Translations under genes and position numbers: made by a program | DNA from: Malacoraja senta | Taxonomy: Eukaryota | Assembly: GCA_038087875.1 (NCBI GenBank) | Contig: CM075989.1 | Span: 11,658,001-11,718,000 of the forward strand | Reading direction: 5' to 3' | Length of the DNA: 60,000 nucleotides | Shown: piece after piece, positions 25,285 to 38,418 of the stretch | Layout of the letters: each line of letters opens with the position of its first letter | How positions within the stretch are numbered: the stretch's first letter is position 1 | The notes under the pieces: generated by a model | What the model saw: only the letters and a program-made list of their open reading frames with translations | Told to the model about the DNA's origin: nothing | The model's database searches: none

Positions 25285-26590
25285 AAGATGTCCAGGAATG
25301 AGTAGGTTAACCTCTGATGAGCGTTTGTCGGCACTGGGCCTGTACTCGTTCAGTTTAGAAGAATGAGGGGGGACCAAATTGAAACATACAGGGTAATGAA
25401 AGGCTTGGATAGAGTGGGATGTGGAGAGGATGTTTTCACTAGTGGGAAAATCTAGGACAAGAGGTCATAGCCTCAGAATTAGAGGATGTTCTTTTTGGAA
25501 GGAGATGAGGATAATTTTCTTTCAGCAGAGGGTGGTGAATCTGTGGAATTCTTTGCCACAGAAGGCTGTGGAGGCCATGTCAGTGGATATTCTTAAGGCA
25601 GAGATGGATAGATTCTTGATTAGTACATATGTCAGAGGTTATGTGGAGAAGGCAGGAGAATGGGGTTAGGAGGGAGAGATAGATCAGCCATTGATTGATT
25701 GATTGATTTTTATTGTCATTTGAACCTCAAAGAGGCTCAAACGAAATTCCATTTCCACAGCCATACAAACAAAACAATTCCTACACGACACACAAACAAT
25801 TCAATTTACAGAAAAACATCCATCACAGTGAATCTCCTCCTCACTGTGATGGAAGGCAAAGTCTTTTCTCTCCCCTGCACCATCCTTCTCCCGATGTTGA
25901 AGCCCCAGGCGGGCGATGGTGAGTCCCACGGCCGTTGAGGCCGCGCCGGGCGGTGTATGGCCCCGCTCCAGTCCAAAGTTGGAGCCCCCGGCGGGCGCTG
26001 GAATATCCCGCGGCCATTAAAGCCGCGCCGGGCGATTTACGGCCCCGCTCCGGGTCGTTCCAACCCCGCGACACGGGCGGGAGAAGTTGCGTTGCGGGAG
26101 CTCCGGAAAGCGGTCTCTCACCCGGACCCGCGAGCTCCCTATATCACTGTCCACCGGTCTGCAGCTGGAGCTCCGGAGTCGGGCCGCAGCAGCGAGCCAG
26201 CACCGCTCCTCACGCTCCGAGGCCGGCCAGCCCCACGATGGTAAGTCCGCAGCTCCGCAGGCTCCGCGACTGGAGCCCCAGGTCGTCCCGGTCGGAGGCC
26301 GCTCCACGGAGCTAGGCCCCAACGACAACGGAGACCCGACAGGGAAAAGGTCGGGTCTCCCGTGCAGGGATGAGCTTTTTAAAGTTCCCCCTCCCCCCCC
26401 CCCCCCCCACATATACACAGTTAAAAACAGTATTAAAAAAACACAGACAACTACATTTAACTGGACAAAAATTAAAAAAGACAAACGGACTGCAGTCGAG
26501 CCGCTGCCATTAGGCGCCGCCACTTCCATGGTTGAATGGCGGAGTACACTTGATGGGCTGAATAGCCTAATTCTACTCCTATTCCTTGTG
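25285..26590 (+). mobile_element. CR1 LINE 3' fragment interrupted by element 25692-26525
   Basis: MFSLVGKSRTRGHSLRIRG..QRVVNLWNSLPQKAVEA; the tail agatcagccat|ggttgaatggcgg is split by the insert. Confidence 0.85.
25692..26525 (-). mobile_element. Non-autonomous GC-rich retroelement with (AATC)n tail and CCAT TSD
   Basis: On the minus strand it starts aagtggcggcgcc and ends aatgacaataaaaatcaatcaatc; CCAT at 25688-25691 and 26526-26529; a related truncated copy lies at 49135-49460. Confidence 0.75.
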
Positions 26591-27305
26591 ACCTTGTTCT
26601 TTCACACTGTACATCCAATCTCTTTGTTCAGTTGACTGTATTTTTTTTAGAGCATCTTTCCTGGGTAAAATAATAATGGCTGTGAGAACAATGGCTGTCG
26701 AAGACTACAGGCATTGATTTAACATCGGTGGGGAAAATTTTAAAGGAGCTGTGCGGAGCAAGTTTTTACGCAGAGGAAGGTATGTGCCTGGAATGCGCTG
26801 TTGGGGTGGTGATGGAGGCAGATACTATAGTGGCATTTAAGAGGTTTTTAAATAGGCACAGGGAATGGAAAGATAGGGATCACATGCAGGCAGAGGAGAC
26901 TAAGTTAACTTGGCACCTTTCTTTGGCATGGACATTGTGGGTCAAAGGGCCTATCCCTATGCTGTACTGTTCTATGTTATTCCTCATCCTGCCAGTCGCC
27001 ATTTGATGGACCATCCCATCCATCCTGGGCACCAGGAAGGTACAATTAATTATTGTAATTGGTTATCAATCGTACCATCATGATCAAAACATTTTCATCC
27101 AATGTTGATGGATCTGTTACTACTGGTCAAGTAGATAGGTGGGAATCCATATGTTATTGACTGGGTTTCTGATTGCTCAGTGAAGGAGGATTCACAGATA
27201 CTATGGATGGTCATGCGATTGTTAATTTCCACTGGACAGCTCTTTGCTGATGTCAGTGTGACACGCTCACAGGGATATCTATCCCAACAACATGAGCTTC
27301 CAGGT

Positions 27306-27490
27306 TAGACACAAAAAGCTGGAGTAACTCAGCAGGACAGGCAGCATCTCTGGAGAGAAGGAATGGGTGACGTTTCGGGTTGAGACCCTTCTTCAGTCTC
27401 AAGAAGGGTCTTGACCTGAAACGTCAACCACTCCAACGTTTTTTGTGTCTATCTTTGGTTTAAACCAGCATCTGCAGTTCCTTCCTACAA
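27306..27490 (+). mobile_element. Palindromic Penelope-derived hammerhead element with 14-bp TSD
   Basis: ATGAGCTTCCAGGT at 27292-27305 and 27491-27504; inverted arms meet at cttcttcagtctcaagaaggg. Confidence 0.85.
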
Positions 27491-29824
27491 ATGAGCTTCC
27501 AGGTGTTCTCCCTGAGCGGCATGGTGTTGCAGCAGGTAGTGCCGCTGCCTCACTGCTCTAGGTGACCCAACTTCAATCTTTTCCGCGCTGGGTTTTTGCA
27601 TTCTCGCTGTGACCATGTGGGCTTCATCCCAGATCCCAAAGACAAGTGAATTGGTTATTGGCCACTCCAAATTATCTCTACTGTAGCCATTCGGCAGGCG
27701 AATTGGAAGGTGAAATAGAGTAGATGGACATGCGAGTATATATATTACAGAGAAATAAGTGGGGGGAATGGATTGATGGTATTTGTTCCACAGCTGCCAT
27801 TGACTCCATGGGCCAAATGGTCTCCTCCCATGTCTTAAGAGAACGAGACATTCTTGTGGGCTAATTAACAGTTTACCTTACTGAAATGCTGCATCTGAAT
27901 CATGATTCTATTTGGAGTTTGTAAACATGTACAAGTACGGAGAGGTACAGGTAAAATAAAAATGTTGGTTGCAGCATCACAGGCACATAGACTCGGATAA
28001 TACATTCAAGAAAATAAAATATACAAAATCGCACAATTTCTGCAAGGCAGGGAGAAGAAAATCTGCTTTTGCACTGATCTTTTTTCGCACAATTGAAGAA
28101 AGTCCATGACAGTGTGAGAACTGTCCAACATATTCCGTTGCTGAGGATGGATACGGGTTATATGGGTCAGTTCAAGAAAACTGATGGATGGAGGAAAGTA
28201 GCTGAACCTGGTGATGTTTTTGAACCACTTTGTGAAAGGCTTCAAATTAGGTTCAATATTTTACTTGGTTTTTGCTCAGTTCCACGGACTGGTCTCATTG
28301 AGCCTCACCCCTGGAGAGAGGAGACACTGCCTCATTTACAGGCTGTTATATGCCTTTCCTACGAGATGCCAGGCAAATACAGTGTGGTGATTTAAAAACG
28401 GATCAATGGTTAATTGTGAAACTCGGACAGTGTGCACTTCACCCTGTAATGTCTGCCACTTCACATTGCAAAAGGCTGCATATTCCCCAATATAGACGTT
28501 ATACAGGATTAGATCCTAACATTCCCCATCAGAACTTCTAGCCTTTGATGTATAAAAAGAATAGAGAAACATGACCCTATCATGAATTAATGCATCTGGA
28601 ATCTCAGTGCAGACCAAGGCCAATCGGCCCACCACACCTGCGTCAGTTTTAAAGGGCTCTCCAGTTAATCCCAAACCTCCCCTCTCTGCAAATTTCCCCT
28701 TCCTGAAAATCTCCAGCTCCTGCAGTGCGTTCATTGTCTTCTCAGAAGCATGTCCTCATTGTCCTGGGCACAGCACTCTCTTTTTAAAACATCCTCAGCT
28801 TCTCAATAATTTTTTTTTTTGCCTCAAAAGTGCAGCTGACCAGAATTTAATGCAGCGTGTTACAAATAGCACAGAAATAAATATTTTCTGAGGTCACAAT
28901 GGACGACTTTGACTTTGAGACGGAGCTCCCTTAGTCACCCTGTGCTGATGTTGTCTTTTATGTCATTTATCATGATCCACATTTACCCAATCAGCATCCC
29001 TCGTCTAATTCCGCTTTTGCCCCCAGTTCCCACGGGTGGGACAAGTTCACTGCACTCTGTTCTCACCAGCAATAGCAGGGAGTAGTTTTCAGTGGATTCA
29101 GTTCATAAAGGGGTAGCCAGATTAAATGGAAGTCCATAAATTTGTCTCTTGAAGCATGCATCATAATGATTAACAAACCATTCCTGAATACACTGATAAT
29201 CTCTGCTGGCACTAGCTCATAGAGTCTTACAGCATGGAAACAGGCCCTTCGGCCCAACTTGCCCATGCTAACCAACAATCCCCCATCTACACTCGTCCCA
29301 CCTAGTTCAAAAACAAAAGAAAGCTAAAAGGACAATTGTCTGATTGAGAGGGTGGGAGATGCTGGAAGCACCGGGCAGGTTGGGCAGTCCCTGTGGACAG
29401 TCAGTGGTCCAGTCTAGACTGAATGGCAATGGGCTGCTGTATGTGGGTCACTGAGTTTCAGACCAACATCTGTGAAAACATGTGGGAGGTGATGGGGGTC
29501 AGTCAGGGCCCTGCTCCTTTCCTGAACCCACCACTGAATCCCAGGGCATCCCAGAATGTCCCCAAATTTGTAACTTCCCCTTATTACTCGGCCCAGCTAC
29601 ATCCTCAGGTAGCTCGTTCCATATACCCACACCCTCTGTGTGAAATTATTATCCCTCAGGTTCACATTAAATCTTTCCCATCTCACCTTGAACGCATCAA
29701 GGGCCTAATTCCCCTACCTAGGAATAAAGACTGTGCATTTACTCTATCTATTCCTCTCATGACTTTGTACACCTCTATAAGTCCACCCTCAGTCTCATGC
29801 ACTCCAAGAAATACAGTCCTGACT

Positions 29825-30650
29825 ACAGGTGCTGTAGTTCAGGGGCCACCTGTCCCTCTTGTACAGGTCACCTCTGCCCCAGATATCTCAATGGTCCAAA
29901 AATATGAATCTAGCCCCTGTTGTAAACTCCTCAGTTGCATATTCATTCGTGCTCTTTATCTATTCCTATCCTTATTAGTACATGGCACAGGCAGTAATCC
30001 AGAGATTATTCCCCTTAAGGTTCTGCTCTGTAACCTTTTGCCTCACTCCCTATATTCACTCTGCAGGACCTCATCCCTTTTCCTAACTATGACATTTGAG
30101 CCAATAATTATTATCTGCTCCTCCTCCTGCTCGAGAATATTCTGCAGCTGCTCAGAGACATCACACACCCTGGCACCAGGAAGGTAACACATCATCTTGG
30201 AGTCTTGGTTGCAGCCACAGAGTCTCCAGTGCCACAGACCTGATGATGCTGCTGCTGCTGCTGCTCTGCTCTCCTGAGCGGTCAGTACCCCTAACAGTAT
30301 CCAAAAGGGCATGCTTGTTTTCGATGGGAGTGGCCGCAGGGGATTCCTGCACTCTCTGCTTTCTCTCTTTCCCTTTCCTGGTGGGCCGCCCAACTACTTT
30401 CTGCCTGCGCCTTTTGTGTGACCACCTCAACTGGAGCTCCTATTTACGTGATTCTGTCTACCGAATGATCCCGATGTCATTAGCTGCTATTCCAGTTCCC
30501 TCGCATGGTCAGTCAGGAGTTGCAGCTGGACGCATGCCCTACAGGTGTACTGCAGGATACCCTGACTTCCCACATCCCACAGGAGGAGCATACCATTGCT
30601 ATAACTGCCACCCCAACTGCACTGAGCCTAAAGAAGAAAGTAATTGAAAA
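29825..30650 (-). mobile_element. CR1 ORF1 remnant (SGNH esterase-like domain)
   Basis: Minus ORF CYLPGARVCDVSEQLQNILE..IGSNVIVRKRDEVLQSEYRE resembles the CR1 ORF1 'CLPGARV..HIGTND' region. Confidence 0.8.
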
Positions 30651-31284
30651 AAATCTTGCCCTATCCTAGCATCACCCTCTCTCTGCTCAGCCTCTTGGAT
30701 GAAGCGTCTCGAGCCCAAGACTCAACACTCACCCTCACATACAGCACTGCACCTCAACACACAGCCTTTCCTAAATTTCCTGGATGGCCACTGCACTGGT
30801 GCTTGCCTTCCTTGCACACACCACTAGGAGCACTCACCATGGGACATTAACAACTGCCTTTCAAATCTCTCCTCAGCTGCTCAGTCGCAAGCGAAACGGA
30901 GGTTTCATCCGACTGAGCAATCCAGAAACCAGGGGAAATCAATTGATCGATGACCTAAAATAATTTGTGCCTTGCACAGGTCTTTGTGGTGTTTTTAAGA
31001 CCCCTTTTACAGCTGGGATCCTTCCACAAACTCGGTGCAGACTGATTATGGCAGACACCTAATTTGTGAGCTACAGCTCACCTCACCTCACACAATAACT
31101 CGCACTCAGATGCATTTCGCCATCCTGCACGTGACAACCAGAGAAATAAATGAAGCAGATCTGACTGTGGCAGGTTTTATAAATAAACATTAACATGCTA
31201 ATTGGTTGCAGCTGCAGCTCTAATCATGGGGATGGGGGGGGGGGGGGGGGGCGCAGGTTGCTGCAGTTTTTTTTTAATCCTTCA

Positions 31285-32140
31285 AACATAGAAGGTAGAA
31301 CAGTGCAGCACAGGAACAGGCCATTCGGCCCACAATGTCTATGCTGAACATGATGTCAAGTTAAACTAATCTCTGCTGCTTGAATGTGTTTTGAATCCCT
31401 CCATCCCTGCAGATGCATGTGCCTCAGCCTCTTGAACACCACTATCGTATCTGTTTTCACCACCATCCCTGGCAGCACCACCTCGACAGCAGTCTTTGTT
31501 TAAAAAAAACGTCTTTAAACCTTCCCCCTCTGACCTTAAAGTAATGTCCACTAGTGTCTGACATTTCCATCTTAGGAAATAGATTCTGACTGTCCACCCT
31601 GTCTGTGCCTCTCATAATGTTATACGCCTTTGTCAAGTCTCCCCTCAGCCTCTGACACTCCAACAATCCAAGTTTGTCCATCCTCTCTTTATAGCTAATA
31701 CCCTCTAATGTTCTGCACCCTCTCTAAAGCCTCCACATCATTCCTGCAATGGTTCAACCAGAACAGCACACACTATCCCAAATGCAGCCTAACTAATGTT
31801 TTTATAAAGCTGCAACATGACTTGCTGACTCTTGTACTCAATCCCCCACCCAGTGAAGGCAATCGTGTCATATTCCTTCTTTACCACTCTTGTCTTGCTA
31901 CTTTCTGGAAGCTATGGACATGGACCCCAAGATTCATCTATACATCAATGCTGTTAAGGGTCTTGCCATTAACTGGATAATTTCACTTTACTTTTGAACT
32001 TCCAAAGTGCAACAACTCACACCTGCTCGGATTAAACTCCATCCCCGCCCATATCTGTAACTGATCTATATCCCACTTCATCCTCTGATATCTTCCTCAC
32101 TGTCTGCAACTCCACCCATTTTGGGATCGTCCGCAAACTT
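31285..32140 (-). mobile_element. CR1 LINE 3' fragment
   Basis: DKLGLLECQRLRGDLTKAYNIMRGTDRVDSQNLFP plus tail. Confidence 0.85.
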
Positions 32141-32898
32141 ATTTTTGTATAATGTAACAATAACTCATCCTCCTTTATAGAATACTGCTATATAACCTTT
32201 CCCTCTCTGTGTCCCGTCCATTGCAGCCTCTACACGCCTTCCCAGAAGATAAGTCCGACTTTCCACTTATTTTAAACAATTTTTGGTTGGTCATAATTTT
32301 CCCTGGTGTCTGTACCTGTGTTTGTGGAAGGTGTTATGGAAATGTAGTCTTTTTCCTCATTTATTGTGCTTGGCAATGGCATCCAGACAATAGAATAGAC
32401 AATGACTCAATGATAGGGGAAGTATAATGGGCAGGAAGGTCATTTCTATCCTCTTCCCCATTAGCTGCAGATGCTTTTGTTGGTCTTCTATCTTAGCCGA
32501 GTGCGAGGCTGATTACACAGCTCCTTCCGTCTTTTCTTCCCCACATCCCAAAGGACCAGGAGGCCAAATTTATTGCAAACACAACATATCCCCTGTTAGT
32601 TTCCCATCTGGCGGTAAAGCTTCTAATTAAAAGCAGTTTTATAATGTTGGTTTGACAAAAGAAAAGGTGGTGTCAATCTTCATGCTGATTAGGAATCCAA
32701 TGCACAAAATATGTAATTACTAATTAGCTTCCACTGGCTTGTAGTTTATTCCAGACATCTTGACCCATTCGCAGGGAGACTCCAGGGGATTGAGGGGGCA
32801 GCTGAGGCAGTGGTGTCTGAAGTAATTGACTGATGGATAAGTTGGGTACAATCTCTTCCCCCTTCTATTAATGCAGCTGACACATCGTCAGATATTGG

Positions 32899-33095
32899 CA
32901 GCAGACCCAAAAAGCTGGGGTAACTCAGCAGGACAGGCAGCATCTCTGGAGAGGAGGAATGGGTGACCCAAGGGTCTCGACCCAAAACATCACCCATTCC
33001 TTCTCTCCAGAGATATTGCCTGTCCCGCTGAGTTTCTCCAGCTTTTTGTGTCTCTCTTCAGTTTAAACCAGCATCTGCAGTTCCTTCCTACACAT
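32899..33095 (+). mobile_element. Palindromic Penelope-derived element with 11-bp TSD
   Basis: TCAGATATTGG at 32888-32898 and 33096-33106; inverted arms. Confidence 0.85.
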
Positions 33096-34611
33096 TCAGA
33101 TATTGGGATATGGGTTGCATGCAGGTAGATAAGTGATGACCTTGGCATCATGTTTGGGACAGACATTGTGGGCCGAAGGGCCTGTTCTTGCGTTGTTACG
33201 ATCTAACCAAATCATACTCCTTTTGACCAAGATGCTCATTCACGTTATTCCCTTTATCATGCATCTTTACACTGTGAATGACCTGATTGTAATCACATAT
33301 TGTCTTCTGCTGACTAGTTAGCATGCAAGGAAAGCTTTTCACTGTACCACAGTACACGTGTCAATGAACTAAACTCAACCTCCTAATATCCCGTTGTGTG
33401 TCAGACTTTGCCCAAAGATACTCTCCAGGACGATGGCTCTGCTCTTTGAATGCAAGTTGTTGTTGTAAATAGACCTTTGTTGGAATGCATTATTGAAATA
33501 AAATCTGATTGCCTTGGTCCTCCCTCTCCAGCAAATTGGGTTCACGCACGGCATCGAAACTCAGGTCACAAGATGATGTGAACATTTATTTCAATGCTTT
33601 TTTGATTTTTCTCAAGTGGAAATACAGTTCATATTTTCACTACTGAGTGTTTGATGGTCAGCAAGGATTCAGTGGACAGAAGGGCTGCTATCTGTATGGT
33701 GTGACCTGACAAGTAGGACCATTGAGAGTAGACGTTAACAAATCATTGCAAGAGCAAGCATTCTCTGCAGTCTCGCCTCTTTCGCTGGGGTTCAGCGGCC
33801 AATGTCATTAGCTATACAAACGTTGATATCTCCGGATTCAAGTGCCTCTTGTTCATGTATGCGAAATGCCAGTTCTGACATCTTCCCACAGCAATTTCCC
33901 AGTGGTACACTTGCCTGTTGAAAGGCTGGTGTTTCAAACATTGATATCATGATAAATATTAAAGGCTGACTTATTGTGCTCCAGTGCTCCTAAGCTGCAC
34001 AAGGTCTCGTGACATGAGACGTTGATACTTGTTCAGGATTTGCACAGCTTGCTGCCGTTGTGTATGTGAGATGATGTTGCCAAGGTTTATACAGTTCCTC
34101 ATTCGGTCAAAATCCACGCACTCACTGGCCGACCCTGGTTAGACATTTTCAGGAGAAATCATTGTACCAGCTCCTCCTCAGTATCCCCACCACCCTCCCC
34201 CTTAAGTCAATCAGAAAACAAAGAGTTTCCTCGATTGGCAAGCATTATGCTGTCTCTCAGACAGCCTTTTCTTCTCCCCTCATCCAAGGGTTAGCTAATG
34301 ACTAATAACCCAGAGTAGAAATGCAGAGGGGAAACGTGATTGCTGAAACACCATGTGATGCCATTTAATTTGAATCTCCTCTGAAATTTGTGTCAATTAA
34401 ATCATTTCAATGAAATCAAATTGCAGATGTAGCATTCCTGCATCACACACTGGAGGCATACATTTTGGGAATTAGTCTAATTCCATGGGTGTAGAAGGAT
34501 TTTTTTTCAGAAACACATTTTAAACTATATTTTTCTCTGGGGTATTATACTTCCTGCTGTGTTCTGGAGGTGAATCATTATACCTGAAGGGTTAGGAGCT
34601 CTAAATGACCG

Positions 34612-34860
34612 TCTGACCCAGAGAGTTGTGAATCTGTGGAATTCTCTGCCACAGAAGGCAGTGGAGGCCAATTCACTGGATGTTTTCAAGAGAGAAGATA
34701 TAGCTCTTAGGACTAACGGAATCAAGGGATGTGGGGGGTAAGCAGGAATGGGGTACTGATTTAGGATGATCAGCCATGATCATATTGAATGGAGGTGCTG
34801 GCTCAAAGGGCTGAATGGCCTACTCCTGTACCTATTTTTTATATTTCTTTGTTTCTATGT
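34612..34860 (+). mobile_element. CR1 LINE 3' end
   Basis: Same family as 640-870; lies tail-to-tail with the next copy. Confidence 0.85.
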
Positions 34861-34864
34861 CTGG

Positions 34865-35672
34865 TTATATAACCATATAACAATTACAGCACGGAAACAG
34901 GCCATCTCGGCCCTTCTAGTCCGCGCCGAACTCTTACTCTCACCTAGTCCCATCTACCTGCACTCAGACCATAACCCTCCATTCCTTTCCCGTCCATATA
35001 CCTATCCAATTTATTTTTAAATGATAAAAACGAACCTGCCTTCACCACATCCTCTGGAAGCTCATTCCACACAGCTACCACTCTCTGAGTAAAGAAGTTC
35101 CCCTCATGTTGCCCCTAAACTTTTGTCCCTTAATTCTCAAATCATGTCCTCTTGTTTGAATCTTCCCTACTCTCAATGGAAAAAGCTTATCCACGTCAAC
35201 TCTGTCTATCCCTCTCATAATTTTAAAGACCTCTATCAAGTCCCCCCTTAACCTTCTGCGCTCCAAAGAATAAAGACCTATCTTGTTCAACCTTTCTCTG
35301 TAACTGAAGTGCTGAAACATTCTAGTAAATCTCCTCTGTACTCTCTCTATTTTGTTGACATCTTTCCTATATTTTGGCGACCAGAATTGTACTCCATACT
35401 CCAGAATTGGCCTCACCAATGCCTTGTACAATTTTAACATTACATCCCAACTTCTATACTCAATGCTCTGATTTATAAAGGCCAGCACCAAAAACTTTCT
35501 TTACCGCCCTATCTACATGAGATTCACCTTCAGGGAACTATGCACAGTTATTCCTAGATCCCTCTGTTCAACTGCATTCCTCAATTCCCTACCATTTACC
35601 ATGTACGTCCTATTTTGATTTGTCCTGCCAAGATGTAGCACCTCACACTTATCAGCATTAAACTCCATCTGC
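34865..35672 (-). mobile_element. CR1 LINE 3' part of ORF2 (relatively young)
   Basis: LAFINQSIEYRSWDVMLKLYKALVRPILEYGVQFWSP..ERVQRRFTRM..RGDLIEVFKIMRG. Confidence 0.92.
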
Positions 35673-36277
35673 CGTCCTGCGGTACATACACTTCATTCGA
35701 GACTCTGGCCCATGGATGCTGCAGGGAGCAGCAAGTTTTCACCCTTCCATCTCGTTGACGTAATGGATCACATCACATCACAGTTCAGTTCAGTTTAGTT
35801 GTCACATGCACCAAGGTACAGTTAAAAGCTTTTGTTGCTTGCTAACCAGTCAGCGGAAAGAAAATACATGATTACAATCGAGCCACTTACAGTGTATAGA
35901 TACATGATAAGGGAATAATGTTTAGTGCTCACTCCCCATTTCTGTGCTCACTCCCCTACACCATTCCCCAATGCAGCAATTATTCAGTGTTAAAATTCTC
36001 ACTTCCTTGGTCAAACCCTTCCATGTCCTCACTCTTTTTTACCCCTCTAATTGCTTTCTTCCCCATATTTGTCCAAAATCTTTGCTCTCCTCCAATTTTG
36101 GCCACTTGCATGTTGCTGAATTTAATTGCATTGTTATTAAAGGCCTTGCCTTCAGCAGCCAAGCGAATCGTTCGATGTTGGCTGCATCCTTCCCCCCATT
36201 GACGAACTGTACACTGCAAGGGCCAGGAAGCGAGCGTGTAAGATCATCTCTGGCCCCTCTCACCCTGGCCACTGAAG

Positions 36278-36510
36278 CACTTCCCTCTGGAAGGCGACTC
36301 CGGACTGTCAAAGCCGCCACAGCCAGACATAAAAACAGCTTTTTTTCCCCACGAGCAGTAGCTCTACTCAACAACCAATAGTCTGTAGCCTCCTTTTGCT
36401 CTGGTATTTTATTTTATTCACATGTTTAAACTATAATGTTTTATTCTTAATGTTTTAATGGTTTATGTTTTATTCTTAAATGTTACTATATGTCGTGTTG
36501 TTACTTGCGA
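36278..36510 (+). mobile_element. Rex/Babar LINE 3' fragment
   Basis: LPSGRRLRTVKAATARHKNSFF..RAVALLN followed by an AT-rich UTR. Confidence 0.7.
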
Positions 36511-37117
36511 GTGGAGTTCACCCCCCCCCCCCCCCCCTCCACATGCTGCTTGACTCGCTGAGTTGCTCCAGAAGATTATTTGATACCCTAATAGCTCTTC
36601 TGGCTCTGTTAGTATCTGGGCTTGAGTACCTTCTTGAAATATCTGGCAGCATGCAAAATGCTGGACAGCCAGTAAGTAAAACTTCTTTGTAAAAATGTGG
36701 AGCATGGTTAAGGGAAACCCGAGCCACACAGAAAGAAAACTAGGTCACATCTACTTGTGGCAAAGCCCAGGTGGCTTGTGTTCCAATTTCATTCACATTC
36801 ACTTCACCGCGTTCACTGGGAATCCCTTTGTCCACAGACGACCATCCTGGCCTTGAGCCATGGCCTTCCATCCCATATTAAACACTGTGATGGCATTTGC
36901 TCCTTTGGCACAGTGGTGCTTAGTTTAGTTTCTTATTGTCATGTGTACCGAGGTACAGTGAAAAGCTTTTTGATGCGTGCTATCCAGTCAGCGAAAAGAC
37001 AATACATTATTACAATCAAACTGTCCACAGTGAACAGATAGAGGATAAAAAAGTATAACGTTTAGTGCAAGATAAAATGGATTGGTTGTCATTTATAGTT
37101 GGATCCTGTCCATTAAA

Positions 37118-38084
37118 GTCATTTATAGTTGGATCCTGTCCACTGCCTGAATGTAAATTAGTGGTGGAAGACATGATCTTAGGGGATGGATAGGGTGCCA
37201 ATCCAGTGGCTGTCTTGGCCTGGATGGTGTTGATATTCTTGTGTGGTTGGAGCTGCACTCATTCAAGCAAGTTCCATCGCACTCCTGTCTCCTGACTCCA
37301 GTCTTGAGTTGGTGGAAAGGCTTTGGGCTCAGCAGTGGACTCTGGGCTATCATTCAGGTTGTGGACAGAATCCTCTCATTGGGATACCTGGTCTTCTACT
37401 GCAAACACTTCCCCCCCCAGCTCCACACACAATCTCTCCCCTCCCCTTCCCTCCCCTCCGCCCTCTCTGTCTCCTCACTGCCCTCTCTGCCTCCTCCCTC
37501 TTCCCTCCCCTTCCGTCCTCCCTCCCCTTCGCCCTTTCCTTCTTTCCTGCCTACTCACCCCTCCCCTCTTTCCTGCCTCCCTCCCCCTCCCCCCCTTCAG
37601 CCTTTCCCTCCCCTCTTTCCTGTCTCTCTCACTGTCTAATTTAGCAGAAGCCTCTCCGCTTTTGAAGTGTGACACTGAACGTGTGACTCCAACAGTGTGA
37701 AAAATCCTCTCAGACTTCAGGAAGGTCAGACATTTGTATTCCTTGTGAGGGAGAGTGTTAATTCGCCACATTTACTGTTCCGTGAAATAATTGTTCATTA
37801 TCACCTTGGTGTCATTTATAGTTGGATCCTGTCCACTGCCTGAATGTAAATTAGTGGTGGAAGACATGATCTTAGGGGATGGATAGGGTGCCAATCCAGT
37901 GGCTGTCTTGGCCTGGATGGTGTTGATATTCTTGTGTGGTTGGAGCTGCACTCATCCAAGCAAGTTCCATCACACTCCTGTCTCCTGACTCCAGTCTTGA
38001 GTTGGTGGAAAGGCTTTGGGCTCAGCAGTGGACTCTGGGTTATCATTCAGGTTGTGGACAGAATGCTCTTTATGGGATACCTGG
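37118..38084. repeat. 274-bp direct repeat pair (37118-37391 and 37811-38084) derived from a CR1-like fragment
   Basis: Near-identical copies offset by 693 bp. The spacer contains a polypyrimidine tract, and a short partial duplication begins at 37088. Confidence 0.9.
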
Positions 38085-38418
38085 CCTTTGACCTTGCAGA
38101 CACAGTGTTTATATGTGTAGGAAGGACCTGCAGATGCTGGTTTGCACTGAAGATAGGCACAAAATGCCGGAGTAAAGGAGCAGGTAACGTTTCGGGTCGA
38201 GACCCTGCATCAGACATCAGCCTGAAGGCAGTCCGCCTCCTTGCACGGACCCACCATTCTATGGGAACTAGATACAAGAGTTCTGCCTAGAACCTGATAA
38301 TATTCCTCCCACACATTATCTTGTCGTTGTTGTTTGTGGGATCTTGCTGTGTGTGTATTGGAATACCAGGCCTTTTGTGATGTCGTAACGTTAGACAGAC
38401 CAACTATGAGTAAATGGT

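Noticed and set aside
25935..26635. Overlapping GC-rich ORFs / apparent CpG island
   Set aside because: Lies inside a TSD-flanked retroelement; long ORFs are expected from the GC content.
28350..28541. RDARQ.. peptide as FRMD5 exon 2
   Set aside because: Only RDA matches the expected RDAKGQYLFDLL..; the downstream residues are unrelated and there is no suitable AG acceptor in frame.
29423..30187. 254-aa plus-strand ORF
   Set aside because: It is the antisense read-through of CR1 ORF2 and ORF1 remnants.
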